From Eledone cirrhosa (taxonomy: Eukaryota), in NCBI GenBank assembly GCA_964016885.1, contig OZ024749.1:9982001-10046000 (forward strand): DNA of 64,000 nucleotides, read 5' to 3'. The position numbers and the translations under genes are program-made. The notes beneath the pieces were generated by a model. It was not told where the DNA came from and ran no database searches. It saw nothing but the letters and a program-made list of their open reading frames with translations. Below, in pieces: positions 25,335-35,470 of this stretch; position 1 is the stretch's first letter, and every line of letters begins with the position of its first letter.

Positions 25335-25811
25335 TAGTGAAAGAATGAAGAGTAACATGGTTGGCTGTACAACAAGGGGCTTTATTTCAGGTATTGTCAA
25401 TTGTTTCATTGATCAGGTGAGTCTAGAGGTCGCTAATCACTTGAAGTTGCGTCACTCGATCTCCAATACATTATTTACCTCTGATCAACACATCAGAGTA
25501 CGTAGATATAAAAATAATTCACTCGAAGCAAGATATATATAGAAGAGTAGCGTATAGACCTCTAGACTTATCTGATCAATAAAACAATTGTCAGTACTTG
25601 AAATAAAGCCCCTTGTACAGCCAGCCATGTTACTCTTCATTCTTTCACTATTATTACTCCAAGTATAACCTACATAGGAATTACCGCGAACTCGCTGCAT
25701 AACTATGGAAACATCTTGTTGAGTCAAAGAAAACCCTACGTTAAAACTATCCACGATGCAGAGTACTCACAACCTCTAACTGGATTACATATAACAATAA
25801 CTTGTTATCCC
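25335..25811. mobile_element. Fold-back element family A, second copy, in (TA)n
   Basis: Same termini as 13614-14083 (TAGTGAAA... and ...GTTATCCC); degenerate hammerhead on the minus arm at about 25390-25501. Confidence 0.85.
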
Positions 25812-26217
25812 ATATATATATATTTATATATATATACACACACACGCATATATATTAGCATGGAAAATGGATGTTAAATGATTATGATGATGATATATTT
25901 GAAAGAATGTCCCACATCTTAAGAAATTAATTTAAAAAAAGGTGGATGAAGACAATGGAAAAATGTAGGAAACGCAGGACAATCCCTTCTCATCAGTCAA
26001 CCACTGGAGGTCTTTGTGATTTCAGTCCATTAAAGTTGATATCTCTAGCTCATAAGACTATAACAAATGACACAAGGTAAAACGATTGGTCTTTCAACTA
26101 TTTATAAATGAAATTAAATAAAATTTGCTTTATACCATCATCTTTGTTTTTATGTCCACTTTTCCATGCTTGCATGGATTGGACGAGGTAGACGTGGGCT
26201 CTGTTAGCCGAAGTGAA

Positions 26218-26410
26218 TGCCACCCATCTAGGAGAGTAGACACTCCAAATAAAAACTGATACAAGGTGGAGAGGCCTCTTGAGTCCAGTAAGACAACCTC
26301 TCTAGTGCTGGTGGCACAAACAATGTGTCCAGTCCACTCTGTAAAGTAGTTGGTGATGGGAAGGGCATCTAGCCAGTAAAACCCAACCAAAATCATGAAA
26401 AGCACGACAA
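26218..26410 (+). mobile_element. RTE 5'-UTR fragment
   Basis: CACCCATCTAGGAGAG...GTCCAGTAAGACAACCTCTCTAGTGCTGGTGGCAC...GGAAGGGCATC, homologous to the minus strand of 24720-24990. Confidence 0.75.
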
Positions 26411-26473
26411 ATATTATTTTCACACACACAAATATATATATACACAGTTCAAGAGTATTCTAATAAATGTGTA

Positions 26474-28420
26474 TCATCATCATCATCATCATCAACGTTT
26501 AACGTCCGTGTTCCACGCTTGCATGGGTTTGGACGGGGGTAGTCCCACTTGAGGCAAGAGTGATTGTCTTGCTCGCATAGGACTGTCTGGCAGGTTTTCT
26601 ACAGTTGGATGCCCTTCCTAACACCAACCACATTTACAGTGTGGGTCTGGGAGGTTTTTACCGTGTTGCCTACACGGCCACATTACAGCGTGGACTGTGT
26701 GTTTTTTTGTCGTGACACCTACACGATCTCATTTGTTTCGGCCCGGATGGCGCGGCACCAACATAACTTTACATAGGACGGGGTGGTGTGGATGGGGTGG
26801 GGGTGGTGGTGGTGGTGGGACGGGGTGTATTTTGTTAGAGATGCCTACTGGCAAGGCGGGTCTTCTCTGTTACTGAGTACCGCCAAAGGTCTCGGTCCAG
26901 TGACATTGTCTTGGAGAGGTGTAAGTGTGTGAGGTCGGAGTTTATCAGCTCGTCCCAGGTTTTTCTAGGTCTGCCTATTCCGTGGCTACCGTCTATCTTT
27001 ATTGCCCTGCACTTTGTTATACAGCTATCGACTTTCATGCGCATCACGTGTCCATACCAACGTAGCCTTCTCTCGAGTAAACAACATCTGATCCCTCTTA
27101 TCTCTAATTTTTTCCTTAGTTCGTTTATGCTTTGCCGTTCACGTATATTACTGTTACACATCCAGCGGAGCATGCAAGCTTCGTTCCTCTCTAGTCTGCG
27201 TATATCCTCTGCACACAATGCCCAGGTCTCACTGCCATGCAACATTGCTGTTCGTATGCAGGCATCGTACAACCTGCCTTTCATTTTTAGGGAGAACCCT
27301 TTAGCAGCTAATAGTGGTATAAGCTCTCTGAACTTTTTCCAACCAGTTCTGACTCTAGCTACAGTACTTTCAGAGCACCCTCCCCCACTGCTGATTTTAT
27401 CGCCCAGGTAACGGAAGCTGTCCACTATTTCTATAGAACCCTCTGCGCAATTGAAAGAGCTAGTATTGTGTGGGCACTTGCTGCTACTTATTGCACCAGA
27501 ACACCGGCCACATGTAAAATCTATGTTCTTAGTTAGCTTACCTGTGATCCCACTACATCTTTTATGCACCCATACTTTGCATTTAGGACACAAAATGGAG
27601 TTTCTACCTACGCCTTTCCTACACACCGAGCACGACCATTTCCCAGAAGGGACCGCCGCCTTGTTTTCTTTCCTACAAACTAGAACTTTGGTCTTAGCCA
27701 GGTTAATTTTAAGTCCTTTTGACTCTAGGCCGTGCTTCCATGTTTGGAATTTCTTCTCTAGCTCGGCCATTGATTCCGCTATGAGTGTCAGGTCGTCTGC
27801 GTATAGGAGTTCCCATGGGCAGCCTGTCTTGAACTCCTCTGTTATAGCCTGAAGGGCAATAATAAATAGTAGGGGGCTGAGAACAGAGCCCTGATGGACG
27901 CCAACTTTTACGCTAAACTCTTCACTATATTCGTTGTTAATTCTAACCTTGCTGACTGTTTCTTTATACATGGCTTGTATAGCCCTCACAAGCCATTCGT
28001 CAACGCCTAGTTTTCTAAGAGCCCACCAGATAATGGAGCGGGGGACTCTGTCGAAGGCTTTCTCCAAGTCGACAAAAGCTAAGTAGAGGGGTTTACCTTT
28101 AGCTAGGTACTTCTCCTGTAGTTGTCGTACTATGAAAAGAGCGTCTGTGGTACTTTTGCCTGACACAAACCCGAACTGCATTTCATCTAGGTCAATTCTC
28201 TCTCTGATTAGTTGCGCTATTACTTTTTCTGTGACCTTCATGACCTGGTCGATTAATTTAATGCCTCTATAGTTACTCCTATCTAGGGCGTCTCCTTTAC
28301 CCTTATAACAGTTAACGATGATGCTGCTATGCCAGTCCTTCGGAACAGCCCCATTCTGTACGACTTGGTTAACTATGCGGGTGACCATGGTGTGTCCCAC
28401 CGTGCCAGATGCCTTCAGCA
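26474..28420 (-). mobile_element. 5'-truncated RTE LINE with an uninterrupted RT ORF (26835-28400)
   Basis: 521-aa ORF: NYRGIKL, QFGF, FVDLEKAFDRV, GVHQGSVLSP, LLYADD, Cys/His finger, FRYLG, RRLRWYGHV; about 360-bp 3' UTR and (GAT)n tail. Confidence 0.95.
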
Positions 28421-28457
28421 GTGTATATATATATATATATATGTGTGTGTGTATGTG

Positions 28458-29100
28458 TCATCATCATCATCTTCGTTTAACGTCCATCTTCCACGCTAGC
28501 ATGGGTTAGACGGCAGTTGTGAGGCAAGGTTGGTCGGGTGACCGTGTCTCGCTCATATAGGACTATCTAGCAGGTTTTCTACGGCTGGATGTCCTTCCTA
28601 ACACCAACCACATTTACAGTGTGGACTGGGGGGTTTTTACCGTGTTACCTACATGGCCACATTACAGCGTGGACTGTGTTTATTTTGTCGTGACACCTAC
28701 ACGACCTTGATCTCATTATCTCATTAATTTGGACTGGATGTTGTGGTATCAACTTTACAGAGAGAGGGTGGTGTTGGTGGGAGTGGGAGGATAGGGTAGG
28801 GGTAGTGGATTGGGGTGTATATTTGGTTAAGAGGTGCCTACTGACTAGGTTTTGCTTTATACATAGGCAAGGCGGGTCTTCTGTATTACTGCGTAGCACC
28901 AAAGATCTCGGTCCAGTGACATTGTCTTAGAGAGGTGTAAGTGTGTAAGGTCGGAATTTATCAGATCGTCCCAGGTTTTTCTGGGTCTACCTACTCCGTA
29001 ACTACCATCAATTTTGATCGCCTGGCACTTTTTTATGCAGCTGTCGTCTTTCATGCGCATCACGTGACCATACCCTCTTATTCCTAATTTCTCACTTAGT
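28458..29100 (-). mobile_element. 5'-truncated RTE LINE, same subfamily as 26474-28420
   Basis: GHVMRMKDDSCIKKC...GRPRKTWDDLI and the same long 3' UTR. Confidence 0.9.
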
Positions 29101-29579
29101 TCATGTGTATTTTTTTATGGATATACTAACAATATTCACTATACATCATCATCATCATCACCGTTTTACGTCCATTCTTCCACGCTAACATGGGTTAGAC
29201 AAGTTGTCCTGTTGTGGGCAATGCCAGGTCAGGTGACCATGTCTTGCTCATACAGCTTGGTTTCTACATCACAGTAAATGTTATGGATTTAATGATTCAG
29301 TTGTCTCTACATAACTTTACACAATTACTAGTATATTTTATATCGCATATTAAACTGTAAACAATTGTCTAGGTGTGCAAATTCAAGATAACCTTGTTTC
29401 CCCCCGTGGTCAGTTTTAATGTATTGCATATATTTACATTGTATTAGGTTGTGTGGTTGTTTTGTTAGATTTTTGTCTCCTTGTAGCTGTTTCATAAATT
29501 ATTATTGTCACCTCATGATTAAATCCTCCATCACCATCATCATCATCATCATCACCTCATGATTAGATGTTTCATTATC

Positions 29580-29716
29580 ATTGTACTTTTGTGGTAAAGA
29601 CTTTATCTTACATGATATTGAATCTATATTTTGATATTATTTGTTTTGAGAACAATACCTTATGGTCAGTTACGGCTGGTTTGAACAGAAATAGGTGAAA
29701 AAATTCTGCTAAAGGA
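29580..29716 (+). mobile_element. Degenerate piggyBac-type MITE
   Basis: Internal similarity to 3813-4033. Confidence 0.6.
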
Positions 29717-29724
29717 TTATAAAA

Positions 29725-31558
29725 TCCATCATCATCATCATCATCACTATCTCATGATAAAATCTCTCATCATCATCATCATCATCATCACAAAATCCTC
29801 CAGCATCATCACCATCACATTAAATCCTTTACCACCATGTTATAAAACTCTTCAATATCATCATCACATAAAATCCTCCAACATTATCATCATATGGTAA
29901 AATAACCCATCCTCCACCATCATCATCACCTTATAATATCCTCCATCATCACCATCATCACTACCATCCTCGCCACCATCATCACTACCATCCTCGCCAC
30001 CATCATCACTACCATCCTCGCCACCATCATCACTACCATCATTACTACCATCATCACCACCATCACCACCACCATCATCACTACCATCATCACCATCCTC
30101 ACCACCATCATCACCACCATCACCACCATCCTCACCACCATCATCACTACCATCATCACCATCCTCACCACCATCACTACCATCATCACCACCATCACCA
30201 CCATCATCACCACCATCACTACCACCATCACTACCATCATCACCACCATCACCACCATCATCACCACCATCACTACCACCATCACTACCATCATCACCAC
30301 CATCATCACTACCATCATCACCATCCTCACCACCATCACTACCACCATCACTACCATCATCACCACCATCATCACCACCATCATCACCACCATCATCACC
30401 ACCATCACCACCATCATCACCATCCTCACCACCATCACTACCACCATCATCACCACCATCACCACCATCATCACCACCATCACCACCACCATCACCACCA
30501 TCATCACCATCATCACCACCATCACTATCATCACCACCATCACCACCATCATCACCACCATCACTACCATCATCACTACCATCATCACCACCACCATCAC
30601 CACCATCATCACCACCATCACTACCATCATCACCACCACCATCACCACCATCATCACTACCATCCTCACCACCATCACTACCATCATCACCACCATCATC
30701 ACCACCATCACCACCACCATCACCACCATCATCACCATCCTCACCACCATCACTACCACCATCACCACCATCATCACCATCATCACCACCACCATCACCA
30801 CCATCATCACCATCCTCACCACCATCACTACCACCATCACTACCACCATCACCACCATCATCACCACCATCATCACCACCATCATCACCACCATCATCAC
30901 TACCATCACCACCATCATTACTACCATCATCACTACTATCATCACTACCATCACTACCATCATCACTACCATCATCACCATCCTCACCACCATCACTACC
31001 ACCATCACTACCACCATCACCACCATCATCACCACCATCATCACCACCATCATCACTACCATCACCACCATCATTACTACCATCATCACTACTATCATCA
31101 CTACCATCACCACCATCATCACTACCATCATCACCATCCTCACCACCATCACTACCACCATCACTACCATCATCACCACCACCATCACCACCATCATCAC
31201 CACCATCACTACCATCATCACCACCATCATCACCACCATCACCACCACCATCACCACCATCATCACCATCCTCAGCACCATCACTACCACCATCACTACC
31301 ATCATCACCACCATCATCACCACCATCATCACCACCATCACCACCATCACCACCATCATCACCACCATCATCACCACCATCACTACCATCATCATCACCA
31401 CCATCACTATCATCACCACCATCACCACCATCATCACCACCATCATCACCACCATCACTACCATCATCACCACTATCACTATCATCACCACCATTATCAC
31501 CATCATCACCACCATCACTACCATCATCACCACCATCATCACTACCATCATCACCATC
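29725..31558 (+). repeat. (CAT/CAC/TAC)n degenerate trinucleotide array
   Basis: Directly visible; ends about 30 nt upstream of the last exon acceptor. Confidence 0.97.
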
Positions 31559-31587
31559 TTTACCACATCTTGTCATTTATTTTTCAG

Positions 31588-31705
31588 TCCGAAACGGTCA
31601 AAGCACTCGAGGTCAAGATCGAGATCACCAGGCAGTTCTATGTTAGATTCCCGTTCACCCAGTCGCCATCGTCATAAACACAAGAAAAATAAACACAGAG
31701 AATGA
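31588..31705 (+). CDS. U2SURP: U2SURP last coding exon
   Basis: ttttcag|T CCG...GAA TGA; phase 2 matches; SPKRSKHSRSRSRSPGSSMLDSRSPSRHRHKHKKNKHRE*, ending like the recalled human C-terminus ...HKKSKKNKH. Confidence 0.92.
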
Positions 31706-32466
31706 AAGTTTGTGTGTTATCTTGTAAAATGAATTAAACGTTATCTTGTCTCACCTACATTATCATTTCGTTGCTTTAGTTTATTTTATTTTTTTGTTTT
31801 TTACTGTTTAGTCAGGGAAGGAAGATTTGTGACCATAACTTATTTCAGGCTTCCAAGACTTGTGGGTAGGAAAGAGGAAGGTATCCTCAAACCAGGGACA
31901 TCTGTCTAAGAGGGCGGTACAGATGATATCATAGTATATTAAATATCAAATGATATATATTATTTACAATTTGCATGTAGGCAAGTCTTTTTGGAAATAG
32001 GGGTGGGGGTACTGAGGGTGGCAGTGGCCTCAAAAGTTTGTGAACCTCTGCAGTAGAGTCTACTCTGTTGACGACTGTAGGATTTGAACTCAGAACACCA
32101 AGAACAGAAATAAATACCTGAAGGCATCTTGTCAACTTTGTCTTTCATCTGTTTACTGCAATACCATTTGTAAAAAGGAAATTGCTACCAATTATTTATA
32201 TATTTCAATGAGGAGAAGACCAGATACCAATATATTCCTTTAATGTTGCATAAATACACAATACATATTTCCAATGGCCAGCTTACGTCATCAGATCATG
32301 ACGCAAGACATTCAGTGATGTCATGAGGTGTAATTAACGTAAAAGGGTTCAAAGATTTAGTAATCAACTGCTGGATTATGGCAAAATAACAAAAAATGGA
32401 TACAGAGGTGGCCTGTCGATGCAATCACTGTGACAGACCTAGATCTACCCATTAAACCATCCATGG

Positions 32467-32498
<32 letters not shown>

Positions 32499-32574
32499 AT
32501 CCAGGATCTAATTTTATTCCACTCAAACTCTCGTTTGCTGAATCTCTGGACATTTTAACCACATATAACATCTT

Positions 32575-32940
32575 AGTTCACCTATTCCTGAGAGGATTCT
32601 GGGGGCAGAGTCCTCAGGCATGCCTTTCAGAAGCAACTGTCTCCAAATGATTTGGCTGCAAGACCAACTGAGTTTGTGATCTACCTATGGGTTTCCTGCC
32701 GATTTGGCATTGCCTTGCAAAATCTGTCCATCTATTCTTTCCTGAGACATTCTAACCATATGTCCCTAGTACTGGAACTTAATGTGGAAAAGTAGCTGGA
32801 GTGACTCTATGATCTCCGAGCTCCACACCCTATTGAGTAATGTTACTCCCAAAACTCTTCAGAATAACCCCCATTTTGGCCACTTGTATTTGCAATTGGA
32901 TTCTTTTAGTCATTATCCAAGATTCATGACCATAGGTAAA
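32575..32940 (-). mobile_element. Expander/Rex3-like RTE 3' fragment
   Basis: Reverse-complement similarity to 1150-1500 (CCTGAGACATTCTAACCA, CCTGAGAGG...GGGG-CAGAGTCCTCA). Confidence 0.75.
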
Positions 32941-33348
32941 TACTGATGTATAATATAGCTATTTTTAATTTCAATTTCAACTTATTTTCATCTCAGTATG
33001 TAATATTTTGCTTGCATAATTTGTAGTGTTTGATTACATGTATAATGTAGTATTTATTTATTATTTCAATGTATTTATTCAGTGGTCAATACAACCTCAC
33101 TTAGGCCTGTAAACCCCTCTCCAGAATACTAATCTGATTCTCTCCCTTGGCAATCTTTATGATGAAGTTGCACAGACTTGGATATACATTGCACACTCTA
33201 GTTAATATGTTGTATGGTTCCACACTTTAGATGTGTTAGTAAGGGGATCTAGCTGTAAAAATCTCTGCCAAATTTACAGTCCCGTCAGAGCAAGGTACGA
33301 CGAAAAACAAAATAAATAAACTTAGGGATTTACATGTCTGATGGGTAA

Positions 33349-33941
33349 TCTATATATATAAAACTGAGGATGTCTGTCTGTGTGTGTGTATCTGTAAGTT
33401 TGAATCCCTAAAACTCAAGAAGTACCCAACCAATTTTTTTCAAACTTTACATGTGTATTACTTATGTTTCCCCTAGGGCCCGCATTAGGTGAAAAACTGC
33501 GTTTTTTTTCAGCTTTTTAGGGGTTTTTTGAGTTGTTACGTCAGACCGATTTCCTTGAAATTGTAACTATGTATTAGTCAGTCTCTTTATACCGTGAGCA
33601 AAGAAAATCCAACTTTTTTATGGCCTAGGGCCCGCATTAGGTGAAAAACTTCATTTTTTCAGCTTTTGAGGCGTTACGTCTAGCCGATTTTCCCGAAATT
33701 TCAAGGCATATTATGCACATTAAAAAAATTCATTTTCTTGATCCCCTAGGGCCCACATGAGGTGAAAACCTGCATTTTTCCTGCTTCATCGAGGAAAATC
33801 TTAAAGATTATCCAGCCATCAGAGTATTCGGTTTATTTTCTTTACATATTGTCCAGGCATGCAGTTTTTCCACGATTAGGTCTGTTGGCGGCCCACGTTC
33901 CAAAATGCCTTATCCCATGCAACGCCGGGTACCACTGCTAG
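33349..33941 (+). mobile_element. Non-autonomous Helitron
   Basis: A|TC start, subterminal hairpin CCCATGCAACGCCGGG, CTAG|T end, no TSD; three internal repeats CCTAGGGCCC-CAT-AGGTGAAAA near 33472, 33624 and 33745. Confidence 0.85.
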
Positions 33942-34491
33942 TATAAGAAAAAATGATATAATTAAAGTGAAGAATGATGTATACAATGTATGTTATAAAT
34001 GATATACTGAGTGTGATCTCATATTCAATGTAGGTGTAACTTTAGATTGTCGGCTTCTCCTGCATCTGATTGGTTAAGAGTTTGTCCTTTGGTGGCTTAT
34101 TGTGGGGTGTATTTGATTTCTTAAGTACTTTGATTATTCGTGGTTTTATTGTTTTATCAAGATTAGAGGTAGAAAAATGGCTATGTTTGCAAGATAAGGT
34201 ATAATAAATGTGTCACGTGACGTCCTGTTATGGTGGTAAGAGAGGTGTTTTAGACTATACAGTGGCCCTTAGTCTGGAAAATTCTAGTGTTTATATAAAC
34301 AGTTAGGGTATTGGATCGAATCCCGTCTATTTTGGTTTGTAGTTCATGAATGTGCTGGCATACCTGTGCCTTCTATGTTGTTATTTAATCATTCTTGGCT
34401 AGTGTTGGTGCCTTATTTAGGATGACTGGGGATATGGATGAATAATAATCATTAATATCATTTCAACCATATATACTCACACACACACATA

Positions 34492-34672
34492 CAGAGTGGG
34501 CCAGGAGTCACTTCCTACCTATTTTTATTAATAAAACATTACAAATTAACTCAAAACTAATTTTTTTTATCTTTAAATTAAATTTCCTAACTGGATCTTG
34601 TTTTTATTCAACTTTGATGATAATAATAATTATGAATTTTTTCGAATAGGAAGTGACTTTTGGCCCACACTG
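34492..34672. mobile_element. Tc1/mariner-type MITE
   Basis: TA-CAGAGTGGGCCAGGAGTCACTTCCTA ... TAGGAAGTGACTTTTGGCCCACACTG-TA. Confidence 0.85.
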
Positions 34673-35204
34673 TATATATATATTTGTGTGTGTAATTAAA
34701 ACTGTCAATTGGCGAAACTTGAAGGTAAAGTCATCCAGAACCAACCAAAGCTATCCACAAACTGAAGCAGATGTAATCCATAAGCCTATGAAGTCATTCA
34801 CAGACCCATATCACACGAGGGAAAGTAAAAATCACACACATCCTTCTAAACTATGTACCAACCTTCCTGGCAACCACCGACCTAAAACAATTGCTGATAT
34901 GGGGATGACAGATGTCATCAGGCTACAACAGTTGTAGTTGTAAACACATGCTGCAGGCACTCACCATACACACTGCTGCTAACAACATCTCTTACCTCTG
35001 TCCTCTTGTCTACTAAGACCATGCTAACTACAACCTGCCTCCCTCCTTCATTCATAGCCTGACTAGTTAGGAGAGTTGGGTTATATCTAATTTGGTAATA
35101 GACAGTTGCCCTTACATGAAAGTATCTGACCATGATTAAGAAGCTACTAATATGTAACTGAGCAATCAGAGACCTACTTCGGGTACAGCAGACATAAATC
35201 TAGC

Positions 35205-35470
35205 CACCCACCTAGTGGTAAGGGTGTTGGACTTAGGATCATAATGTCATGGGTTCGATTCCTGGACTGAATTGTGTGTTGTGTTGTCACTTCATTTCAT
35301 GTTGCTCCAGTATACTCAGCTGAAAATGTGTACCAGTGGTAGCTGGAGGTTTAACCCTGCGATAGACTGGCGTCCTGTCCAGGAGAAGCCTTGTACACTC
35401 AGTTGCTTAAAGCCATGGAAACCAGGATAAGTACCGGCCTAATGAACCTCTGAGCTTGAGTCAGACTTTA
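35205..35470 (+). mobile_element. tRNA-derived SINE (second family)
   Basis: A-box CCTAGTGGTAAGG, B-box GGTTCGATTCC, body AACCCTGCGATAGACTGGCGTCCTGTCCAGG...GGAAACCAGGATAAG, tail GCTTGAGTCAGACTTTA. Confidence 0.8.

Noticed and set aside
29864-31576. 570-aa Gly/Asp-rich and 546-aa Met/Val-rich ORFs (and a poly-His frame on +)
   Set aside because: By-products of a stop-free trinucleotide repeat inside an intron; no credible start or splice context
31733-31738. ATTAAA as the U2SURP polyadenylation signal
   Set aside because: Plausible (U-rich sequence follows) but cannot be distinguished from other candidates without 3'-end data
35205-35270. tRNA gene (also at other A/B-box sites)
   Set aside because: No complete cloverleaf; continues into a SINE body
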